Shown here piece after piece: positions 52,901 through 64,000 of a DNA stretch of 64,000 nucleotides. Source of the DNA: the human T2T-CHM13v2.0 reference genome, Homo sapiens; the NCBI RefSeq assembly GCF_009914755.1, contig NC_060935.1; one strand, written 5' to 3'. Below the pieces are notes generated by a model. The model did no database searches and was not told the DNA's origin. It saw nothing but the letters and a program-made list of their open reading frames with translations. Numbering within the stretch: position 1 is the first letter of the stretch; every line of letters starts with the position of its first letter. The translations under genes were made by a program, and so were the position numbers.

Positions 52901-55900
52901 ATGTTTACTAGAGGACCAAATGCTTAATCTGTTTTCAGATATATTTAGTTTGACCTATATGGCCTTTTGATATATCTATATTCGTATCTACATCTATCTA
53001 TTGATTGAGCTTTATAATTACTTTTCAACTTGAAAAAGATTACATAAAACCTAGATTTTAGCTTCTCTTGAAAAAAGTTGGAAACTAGAGATACTTTGGG
53101 TTTACATTCCCCTATGACTCAGTTGGTTGGTTTACTCTGTGCATTGATAACTCTCTTTATATGTCTAATGTCCTCCAGTTTGTGATGGTTCCCACTCTGC
53201 CTCACTCCAGGTTGTAGCATTCTGATGCCTGTACATTTGTTATAATTTCCCTGAGAGTTTATTTTTTTAGGATTAGAATGTCTCTCTTGTTCAGTTTTGC
53301 ATTCTTTATTAGTACCTGGCACAGTGCCTCTATCAGGCAACAGTGAGAATTAAAAAATAAAATAAAATAAAAGTAACATTTTAAAGCACAATTGTTTGGT
53401 TTCAGAGAGACTTTAGTTTCATCCTCAACTTTATTCCACTAAGCGTTTGTCCAATTCCTTAAAATCCCTTTATCTTAGTTGCCTCCCAGAGTTAGTGTGT
53501 GAATTAGATAATGTGCACAAAATAGTAATGTGGCTGGCACATAATAGGTTTTCAATAAATATTAACTCTTATTATGATGGGCTATTATTTGTGAAACATA
53601 AGCAAAATGAAATTCTTTTCATTAGCATTAATAGAAGTAGCAAAATGAGAAAAAAAAACAACTAATAGTTTGCCCTCTTATTGAATGACTCATACAGAGC
53701 AATCTTTTTCTCTCCTTTTCCTCATTTTTCACAGGAGAAAAAGTCAATCAGAAGCTGCTAGAGCAGAGAAAAGCAAATCACTTTGGCACCTGAACAACAA
53801 AGCAATGTTAGTTTATTTTCTTTGTAAAAAGTCATCTGTTTGCAAACCTCTTTTATGAAATACCTGTCATAGTGCATTTTATTGGACGTTATTCACTCCA
53901 CATTTTTTTGGCCTCAAGGTCATTCCATTATCAGTTCCTACTTCACCTTCAGTATTGGAAATGGACTGGGGGAGATGGAAAGGAAAACACACACACAAAT
54001 ATACAACACACACACCAGATGGACAGCTCAGATAATAAAGGTGATTTCAATCCATTGCAGGCGGAACTCAGATCTGTCCCTACTACAGATGAAACCAGCA
54101 CTAGTGACACTTACTGATAGATCTGGAAAGACAGCTTGCTAGCCTGCTATCAAAGGTGCCTGAAGCCAGGAGCAGCTTTCAATCTGATCACTAGGTCTTA
54201 CATGAGATAACAAAAATATGTTTTATGTGCTGTTTCTTTTTGTTAACCCATTTGTTCACTTCCTTTAAAAAAAGAGAGAGAGAAATCAAACAACAGTAAC
54301 CACAAAAATACTCAAATACCTCTCCACATCTTGAAGAATGACTCAAGATTCCCAGCACATTGTCCAGGGTTCCTGCCAAATTTTTGCTACTTTCTGCATT
54401 GGTCTTAATGGGGCTGGCCTGATTAACTTCTCCTGTGATACACTGATCTTCACGTGGGACTGTCTAAAGATAAATTTGGAGATAGATGGGTTTTATAATC
54501 TCCCTCTATTTCTGCACACTTCTCTTTCTCTCTTGCTGAACAACTAAGAAGTCTCTTTTCAAAGCTTGCCCAAAGAACTAGTAGCTTGTTACAAATCAAA
54601 TCTCTCGTTCTGGCCTTCAAAATAAAGAAAAGGGTGCCAGCCAGCCTTCTGCATTTTAGGCATCAAATTTATACTGTACACATGTTCTTTCACTGAATTT
54701 GTAAGAAATCTTTGATGTACAAATAATGATGATGACAATGACAGAGATGATGATGAAGAAGATGAGAGAATCATAACAGTGATGACGATGGACTTTTTAT
54801 AAATTAGGAAATTAGAGCTCACAAAGAATAAATAACTTTAGTCAAGATTATGCAGCTAGCAATTAGAGCTTCTGCAGAATCACAGAGCTCCATTCATTGG
54901 TCTCCAAGCAACGTTTGTACTTTTCTATTTCTGCCTACCAAGCATCTCTGTTAGTTGAGATTTTTATCATAATCGTTTTTGGTCTTGTTTTTGTTTCTTA
55001 GTGGTAAAGGGACTGTAATTGGTGCATACAAGTATAATTCAATTAAATTCAGAGGATAGGGAAGAGATTGACTTTCCAAGCTCTTTGACTATCTTAGATA
55101 AATGAAAGGACTATGCTTCAAGCTGCTCAAAAAGAGCCAGGTTATGAATACAGAATCTGCACCTTAAGGTTCCAGTTAGGTCTGGGATCAATAGGAATGA
55201 TATTCTGAAAAAGTAGATTCACAGACTAAGACGGGTGTTATGTTTAGTTACTCCTTTCTTTTAAAGTTGTCATATTGACCTGATATAATAAATCTAAATG
55301 ACTGAAATATATGTCCTCAGTCATAGAGAACCCAGAATGATACTCTTTCATGTTGAAAATATGTATTTATTGCAAAATGAGTATCCTTCATATACAACTG
55401 ATCCTGCTCTCTAATTAGTGCCATAAAGAAGGGCTTTAGATGAACCATTCGGCAGTGAAAAGCTTCAGTTTGGGCTGGTATCTTAGTTAATAGGCTTGGC
55501 TAACAATCCTAACAACAAATCAACTGCTTTAGTTACCTGTGAGTACATTTTACATGAAGGTGTCCAAGAATATGAATATCTTCTATTCAATTACCAATCT
55601 TGTTACTGATTGAGAGAAAGCAAATTCCAGTTCTCTTATTATGTAAATATAAAACCATAGTCATTTTAAAAATAAAAGATGCCTGACTATGCCTGCAATG
55701 TTTGTTTTCATTTAAATAATAACACAACTTACTCATTTAATTTTTAAAATCTTTTGTCTACTTTGTCCTGGTTTGGCTGTAAAAACTGCTACAGTAACCC
55801 AAAGTAATATTATTTTCATAAAGTTCCCAGCAGTTCTCAGCGGGACACTGAGACTTGAGCAAGCACTTAGAAGGTTATCTCCAATCAACTGCTAATGACA

Positions 55901-57129
55901 GTGAAACTAATGTTATTTTATTTAAGTAACACTTTAAAGTTTACATATTACTTTCACACTCATTATGTAATTGGAATCTTACCAAAACTCTTTTGGCAGG
56001 TTAAGTCATGTTATTTTTCTCATTTAAAAGGCAAAGTAACTAGTGTTCAGAAGGGTTAAGTGCTTTACTGAAATGCATACAACTAAAGTTCATGATATAT
56101 ATATTCTTTAATTTTTGGCATAATATATTTTTGAAGTAGCTTTAATAATCTAAATAAGGATAACGTCCAACTCTATAATTCTAGCCTAGATATCTCTCTT
56201 AAGATTGAGATCTGATCCAATTGCCTTTCAAATATTTCCATCTGGACATGCCATAGCTTCCCACTCAGCCTGTCCATAATGAACTTATCACCCTGTAAAT
56301 CTGCTGCTCCTCATGGGTGCCCAGTTTCAGGGATAGGTACCTCCAAATATGAAGGTATTCAAGCCACTGTCTCTTCCCATGCACTCCCTACCACTCTCAT
56401 TTCTAATCAATCATTAAATTCAGCCAATTTTATATTCCAAATATCTTCTGAATCTTTTCACCTCCCCCTGCTTTTCTAGTTTACATCACAATTTTCTCTT
56501 ACCTGGACTAATACAATTGCCTTCCAACTGGTTCCTGACTTCCAACCATGCTGCAATTCCCAAGTGCCTTACAAATAAAGTGTAAATATTTTATTCTTTC
56601 TTTATTTTATAAAATGAAAATAATAGGGTCTGTATCTCACGGTCCGGTTATTGTAAGGAAGTAATTAGATTATAGTTGTAAAAGTAGAAGGCATTTTAAT
56701 CACTGTTTGAGGAAAGGCAAGGATTGTCTGGACCACCTGAATCACTAACATCCTCCAACTTAGATGATATTGTGTCCACTTTAAGTGTTGGGAAACTGAA
56801 ATTAGGAACAGCGATAAGATCTGCTCAAGGTCAGTTGATAAGTGATACTCCAGAATTTTTTCCGTGTAACTATTTGACCCCACACCTGTGAACTTTCCTT
56901 TACCATAGCTTGGACTCAGTTCTGTGTGAACTTGGGAACCAGGGATGATTTTTGAGGATGACCCCAATACTCAGAAGAGGATTTGTTACATATTTCCCAG
57001 TAATACAATACTTCTGGCCTTGTGGGAATGCTTTCTTGAAGCCTAGGGTAGGTAGAGAGACTGTGAAGCCATAAGCAGAATGAGGTGAATGGGATACTTG
57101 ACCTACTGTGTGAAAAATAAAGAAAATGG

Positions 57130-57525
57130 CATCTCAGGGCTGATGCAGGGGAGCATATCAGCTCCATCTTTGGCTCATATGGGTCATTCTGACTCAAGCC
57201 ATGCATCCATAGATTGACATAGGTGACGTATTGCTTGTGTCTCTCATCCTTCAAGCTACATGGAACATCTTCTCATCATGGCAATGGCAGAGGCATATAA
57301 GAATACAAACCTAACCACAGAAGTGTTTGTTTGTTTTTTTTTTAAGTCTTTGATGAAATCATGTCTGCTAACACCTCATTGGTTATGTCACATGAAAGAG
57401 TCCAAACTGAAGGAGCAAGGAAGTGCACTGTGACCATGGAGTTGGTCAGAACTGCCGAGTCACATGGTAAAGGCTGTGGACACAAGAAGGGATAAAGAAT
57501 TGGCACATTTAATGCAAATTACCAA
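57130..57525 (-). mobile_element. MLT1H/I-like MaLR LTR
   Basis: catggcaatggcagagg...tgtctgctaacacctcattgg...gtcacatggtaaaggctgtgga. Confidence 0.65.
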
Positions 57526-57549
57526 ATGATTGTGACAATTTTACACAGT

Positions 57550-58410
57550 TTGTAAAGAAGTTGTAGAAAATTACACTCCCACCAGCACTGTATAACAGTG
57601 GTTCTATATTTTTGTCTGTGGTTCTATATCTTTGTCAACACTTGATACTATTTGCCTTATTCATTGTAGCCATTTAATCATTACAAATGGTATTGCATTG
57701 CTGTTCTTTGCATTTCTCTAGTGAACTAATAATGATATCTTTTGTAAAGTGACTACTCCTGTCCTTTTCTTTAAGTTTGTTGGTATTTTTCTGAACGATT
57801 TATAAGAATAGTTTATATGTTTTAGATACAAGTTCTTTTTTCAGATCTACATATTGCAAATGTTCCTTATACTCTGTGGCATGCCTTTCTAGTCTCTTAA
57901 GAGCTAAAGTTCTTAATCCAAATAGAATTCAATTTGTCAATGTTTTCCTTATGGTTAGTTTTTTTTTTTTAATGTTCTGTTCAAAAATGTTTTGACTATT
58001 CCAAAGTTATGAAGATTTTTTTCCCATTTTTTTTCTAGCTGCTTTTTTGTGAGTGGTTATTGGTTTATTATTCATATTTAGATCTATTATCCATTTAGAG
58101 TTGATTTTTATGTGGTTAGAGGTAGAGGGTTGAAATTTGTTTTTCCATATGTATACAAAATACACAATACCACTTACAGAAAACACTGTGCTTATTCCAC
58201 TGCACTGAAATGCTACTTATGTCATAAACCTAGTGATTTTAAATGTGTAGATTTGATTCCAGGCTCTCTAATCCTTCTATTGATCTGTTTGTTTATCCGT
58301 ACAATAATGTTGTACTCTTTTAATTACTCTAGCTTTATAGCAGGCCCTCATAGCTAGTAGCATGAGTCCTTCAGTCTTGTTTTATTTCAAGATTTTCTTG
58401 GCTATGTAAA
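57550..58410 (-). mobile_element. Ancient L1 (L1ME-like) ORF2 3' fragment
   Basis: ttacactcccaccagca, ttgcatttctct and tattgcaaat motifs; T-rich. Confidence 0.75.
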
Positions 58411-58439
58411 TTTTTGAAACACATAGTTGATTACATTAA

Positions 58440-59180
58440 ATGTAATTAAACATTTAGATGATTTCCTATAGCACTTTGGGTAGAGGCTGAAATTCTTACA
58501 GGGACCTATGAAGTCCCGTCTGAACTGACCCTATCAACCTCTTAAACCTTATTTTGAACCCCTGTTCATCCTTGATCTCTATTGCCTCACACTGTGCCTT
58601 TGGCGTCTTCTAACATCAGTAATCTCTCCTACCACAGTGCCTTTGTACATGCTGTTCTGTTTCCCTGGAATGTTTTTATGTCAATCTTTCCCCTTGCCTT
58701 TTGATCCTGCAGCTCTCAGTCTAGTTTTTATTTCTTCAAGAAAGTCTTCCCTGACCAATCTGATTAATTTTTCTCTATTCATGTTTCCATAGCTGAATGG
58801 ACCTCCTCTTGCTACTGGTGAGTGAATTGTGTGGGTGATTAATTGGCTAATCTCTATCTTCTCCCTTGGCTTGAAATCTATTTTGATCATTATTTTATAC
58901 CTAGCATTTAGCATAGTACCTGTTGCATAGTAGGTACTCCTAAATATTTTACTGAATTAGGGAAACTGTGTAGTGTACCAAAGGCTGTGTGGAAGGGTGT
59001 GGGAAAGCAACACAGCCTTTTAGTGTTAAACAGACAGGTGTTTGAAACAAAGTAAGAATATGACCAGCAGCATGACCTTGAACAGGTACTTTGAGTACTC
59101 TTTCTGTACCTCACTTTTCCTCTCTAAATATAGGACAGATACCCTGTGGAACCCAGCACAATATGTACAGTAAGTCAGTG
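58440..59180 (+). mobile_element. L2 3' end followed by MIR
   Basis: tagcatagtacctgttgcatagtaggtactcctaaatattt; ctgtacctcacttttcctctct. Confidence 0.78.
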
Positions 59181-60525
59181 ACAATTTTTAGAGGGCAGAG
59201 CGTGGGCCCTATCACTGGCCTCCTGATTCCCGGTTCACTGCTCTGACTATCCACGTTCTGATGATTACTCACATCAAGTTCTGTTATGTGAAAACAAGGC
59301 CTGGAAATTTTCAGATGTAGAAACTCTCATTTGGAGGAAATTGATCACTAGGTTCATGTTCCCATCCATTTCTCTTCGGCTATTTTATTTTAAACCTGAA
59401 ACAGGGAGAACCACCTTCCTGGAGGACAGAATCCTCCTGAACTAAAGAAGGCTCAAAGTCTATCTTATTAGATTTTGGGTATTAGTGAGAGCAGGGGCTA
59501 AGCCAAACAACCATGGTGGAGGAAAATTTTGTAAGAAATTGTTAGCTTTGGCACTTCCCAAGTTTATATCCTGTAAAAGTGTTTGTTTCGATGAAATAAT
59601 AAGAGATGGGTTAAAATAAGAATTTATGGGCTGTCTTTAGAAGCAGCAAGGAGATTCATAGCCCTGAAAAGGTTAGCTTGGGATGAAAGACACACAAGGT
59701 TAGACTGAATGGTGGCAATGTTTACTCAGATTGGATTGTCAAACTGAGATGACCCAGAGGATGTGAGCCCAGTGTGGAAGGCAACACAGCCTTGGGTGGA
59801 AACTATGCAATTCGTTGAACATGACTTTACATAATAATATCACTTTCAGACACAAAAGTCTACTCTGCCCCATTATTATATCATTTAGTCTTCAAGTGTG
59901 TAAAAAATGACATTAAGGTAAGCAATGCTTGTTATCCTCCCTTTTTAAATGTTCTGAACTCTAAAGCCAGGATGAAGTCATGAATACTTTTTAAATCAGA
60001 TGAATTTTTTAATTTTATTTTTCTGCAGGTCTTGTATAGCAAAACTCCAAGTAAGTGAACCAATTGCGGAATGTTTTAGAGAGATCGTAGTGAGAGAAAA
60101 TCCTATCCTGTATGAAAATTCTCTCACCTCATACTATAGCCTCACTTCCTCTGTAGAAAGCTCATGAGCTCCTTCTGTCAGAGAGACCCAAAACAAAATC
60201 CTGACTTCTCTAGCAAAAGATATATATGTAAAGCTTATCACTGGTCTGGGGTGCTGCTCAGTGAATATCAGGGCCAAGGCTAAATCCTGCTCTGTAGACT
60301 ACTACTAAGACTAGTTCAATAGTCTTAGCAGACCATGCTGCCTGTAATTAAAATCTGAAAACTCTAAGAATTGGACCAGAAAATTTATGGGAGACAGTAT
60401 TGGTTAAGTTCTTTTGCTCAAATCAGATTGTCTGTATTTGAATCCTGGCCTCATCATTTACAATCAAGTAATGTTGGACCTCTCATATAGTATATATGTG
60501 CCTCAGTTTGCTGAACTATAACTCC

Positions 60526-60533
60526 ATCTATTC

Positions 60534-60566
<33 letters not shown>

Positions 60567-60582
60567 CTTGCCTATCTATCTC
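60526..60582. repeat. (TCTA)n microsatellite
   Basis: Directly visible. Confidence 0.95.
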
Positions 60583-60769
60583 TTGTCAGCTAAAGGGCTT
60601 GAGAAAATGATGACCCAAGAGTAAATACTTCATATACATAAAGTTAAATATATTGTACCACATATGGCAATAACAAAGATGTCCTCAAATCATCTATCTT
60701 TCTAGGGTCAGCTTGTTCCATTATATCTGAATTACTTATAAAATATATAAAATATCTTGAGGACCTTAC

Positions 60770-60975
60770 CTTTACTGATAGAAAATAGTGAATAGCCCTT
60801 ATGGGTTACTGAATGGGAAATGGAAAAAGAAAACCTTCTAGTTGCTGAAAATATTTTATATATTCACCTTGGGGATGGTTGTTTGAGTGTGTGTGTAAAA
60901 ATTCATCAAACTGTATATTTTAAAAGTGTTCACTTGACTGTGTGTATGTTATACATCTGGTAAAATAAAATTAAA
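60770..60975 (+). mobile_element. L1ME-like 3' end fragment
   Basis: gaaaatattttatat...gtaaaaattcatcaaactgtatattttaa..cacttgactgtgtgtatgttatac. Confidence 0.7.
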
Positions 60976-61749
60976 CTTCCTTGAGGCTCCATCTCTAGCT
61001 CAGTGGGAAATGCAAACTTCCCCAGTCCACTGACTCGATGATTTTCAGGAAACTCATGTTTTTTTAGTCACCTCTTATTTCATATTTATGCTTCTGTTTA
61101 AATCCCTGACTTTATCAATTCTCCCTTCAAGATGGTATTCGTATCTCTCCACTCGATGTTTTTTTCTGTCACTCAAACAAGAAACACAATGACTTTTCCT
61201 TAATTATCTCAAAGCAGTGCTCACAAGTGGTGAGGGGCCAAAAACAGGGAAGTATGACGGTTATAATGCACGACAGCACACAATTTAAAATTGCATACTA
61301 GGTGTTTAGGCTTATGAAGTCCCTTGTGCACATCTGCCCCACACCTTGCTTCATTTTTTTCTATCTAAATCTCACTTTTCTTTACATTTCCTGGACTTCT
61401 CACCTCTGTGTGGCCTGATTTCAGAACTGAAAACTTGTCATAATTTGTCCTTCAAGATACTTTAACCTTCTTTGTTTTTCTCTAACTGCAGGTCTTGTGC
61501 TTAAGGACTATTTATCCCCAAAACATTATGTCAGGTGTTTTGTCAGGAAAGCAACAGATATATATTTTTAGAAACCAATTTAATTACCCCCCACTCACTT
61601 AGAATGCTCTTATTATGATTGTGCTGTTTTTAGGGAATGATTTCATACTCTTGATCTACAATGACATTAATGATACACAACCCCAAACGCACTCATCTGA
61701 TCACTGTTTATGCCACATCTAATATCAGCTATACAGACAACGTAGGCTA

Positions 61750-61890
61750 CATATTTGCTGTGTGTATGTGTGGATATACATATATATAGTATGCATATAT
61801 GTTATGTGTATGTGTTTATGTAAATGTGTATATATAGACACACACAGAATACATATATGTATTCTCACATATATATATATCTCTCATATA
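61750..61890. repeat. TA/TG/CA low-complexity tract
   Basis: Directly visible. Confidence 0.85.
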
Positions 61891-62421
61891 GTTCCTTGAT
61901 TTAAAAACACATATTTTTTACATTTTAAGGTATTTGATATTGGAATATGTTTTATAATTTTTGTAAAAAAGAAAAATGCAGCCATTAAGCAGAAGAATGT
62001 GTGGCAACATAACTTCTCTTTGCCTGTGGACATACATGTGCTCATATCTGTGTTCATACCTATGTTCATACTACTGTTACCTGATTTGGATTACTTTGTT
62101 AACGTGATATAAAATTAAAGTTTGACTTAAATTTTGATCCCCAATTGTCATTTAAAATGTCTTCAGAAAGATTATACAGTGCTAAAAAGTCCACTGAAAT
62201 GAACAGTTATTGTGTATGCCAAAGATTGTCTGTCATGCAGCAGGCATTGCAATTACAGTCAGTAGAAACTGTCACATTTCTGGGAATAGATAATGGTATT
62301 TTCAGCCCTAGAAGAGGTTAGTATGACCAATTTATTCATCATGAAGGACTACCACTCAGGAACATAACATCTATCTGTCAAAAGCCTTTGGCTAACTTGC
62401 AAACAGAGCTACTTCACTTAC

Positions 62422-62523
62422 CGTAATATGTAATACAGTTACAGAAAATTTCAAAATGCTAAGTTCATCCAAATGTGAAAAAATCCAGGTTTTCTTTATT
62501 TGTCTCAAAATTATTATATCAGC
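62422..62523 (-). other. Candidate 102-nt exon of an unknown transcript
   Basis: ctttgtcaaattttag|GCTGAT...ATTACG|gtaagt; phase-0 frame open for 34 codons. Confidence 0.22.
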
Positions 62524-63646
62524 CTAAAATTTGACAAAGCGGACTTGATGACAAGCAAACATTATCGGAAACAGAAAGTTGTCACCGTGATATTTTGCAC
62601 ACTAATTGGTGGCTAAAAGAGATTCATCCATAAGACTTTCTAGGCTTAAAAAGAAGGTTTAGTCTAAAATGTTGATGGTCATACTAAAGAAGAGTATTGC
62701 TTGCAATCATGCAGATAAATGTATACTACTGTTGCTCCATTTTATAAGAATCATGTTTATTATCTATTCAATGTTTTTCCCTCTTCCTCTCTTCTAAGCA
62801 GTGGTTAAATTGATGGTGCATTATATTATCACTGACATCTTAGAATTAAATAAATGAAGTTTTCCATATTAATGCTGAATACATGTTACATGGATTGGCA
62901 GGTTTGTTGAATGGGTAGATGGAAGGGAGGGGATGAGGGAAGAGTGCAAAGCTGCTCTTTTATCTCTCAAGTTTTGATCAAGATTGTTTTTAACCAGTCA
63001 TAGCGCTACTGAAATAATTCATTATTGTCAGTGACTTCAGCTAAATTCACAGATTTGATGAAGGGCCTACACTGCCATAAAAAGTATTGGAATACAAACA
63101 ATGTGTGACACGTGACACTTGCCCATAGGGGCTAGCACACTGCTTACTGCTTGATTAATGGGTGGAAATGCAAGATTATTACATGGAAATCATCTATAGG
63201 AGAGAAGAGATTCACTGTTGGCTATTGAGGTAAAGTCTCTCGGAGGAAGCTCTATCCAGAGACTGAATTGAATTTGGACATAAAAGGAGCAGTGAAAAGA
63301 TAAGGAAAATGTAGAGTAGGTACTATTAGTATGTCCAGGGCAGGAGACAACCATCATTATGGTTTAAACGATCTGAACAGACAATAATAGTAATAAACTT
63401 CACTGTAATCTGGGTCTATGTTTTGTTATTCCTGGCCTTGGTTCATAATAACAGCTGTTAACACTTCTTATATGACAATAAGCCATTTAAGTGGCAAAAC
63501 AGCCCTATGAATATTTAATATACCCATTTTATTGGTAAAGACACTGAGACATATTAACTCAGCCTGGGAAACAGTCAACAGATAGTAGAGTTGTTTTGTA
63601 TATAGCCTGCAACCCAATTCTGCATTTTTTTCCAGGTTTTCTAGAC

Positions 63647-64000
63647 CAGTTCTCAAAGTCTATGGTCTCAGGATACTTTTACAAAACTTTTAAAAATTAT
63701 TGAGGCCTCCAGAAAGCTGTGGTTTTTGTAGGTTATATCTTTCGATATTTGCTATGTTAGAAATTAAAGCTTAGAATTGTAAAATAATGTGTTTATTAAC
63801 GTATTATAAAAATGTCAAAATAAATTACACAATTTTATGAGCAATAACTATGTTTTTCAAATGAAAACAAAATACTAAATAAAGTTGCCTTTAACATTTT
63901 CATTTTTTTATTGTTAGACTTAATAGAAGACAACCGAATTCTCAAATCTGCTTCTGCATTCTATCTGTTTCGATATGTTGTTTTCATTGAAGTATACAAA
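63647..64000. mobile_element. hAT-Charlie-type DNA transposon remnant (runs off the window end)
   Basis: cagttctcaaa..ggtctcagga...aaaaattattgagg terminus typical of Charlie elements; subfamily uncertain. Confidence 0.65.

Noticed and set aside
52950-53230. Possible ancient repeat (agcttctcttgaaaaa...)
   Set aside because: It looks repeat-derived, but I cannot assign a family reliably by eye.

Overview
This is AT-rich, repeat-dense primate (hominoid, probably human) intronic or intergenic DNA. I could not identify the locus and found no recognisable protein-coding gene, RNA gene or CRISPR array. Most long ORFs in the track are fragments of LINE-1 ORF1/ORF2, THE1-int, LTR12 or Alu. The window is a layered record of retroelement insertions, many with readable target-site duplications (TSDs): nested L1s, two twin-primed (5'-inverted) L1PA copies, a complete THE1 provirus, an LTR12C solo LTR, two Alus and a FLAM, on an ancient L2/MIR background. 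The most unusual structure is a 340-bp-arm inverted duplication (5888-6227 / 6353-6693, about 94% identical, 125-bp spacer) that copies an L1 3' end together with its flank. Also notable are an L1PA whose 5'UTR is fused directly to ORF2, an old L1 with an internal inversion, and a speculative set of minus-strand exon-like segments. Repeat subfamily names come from recalled consensus sequences and need RepeatMasker/Dfam confirmation. Boundaries without a TSD are approximate.
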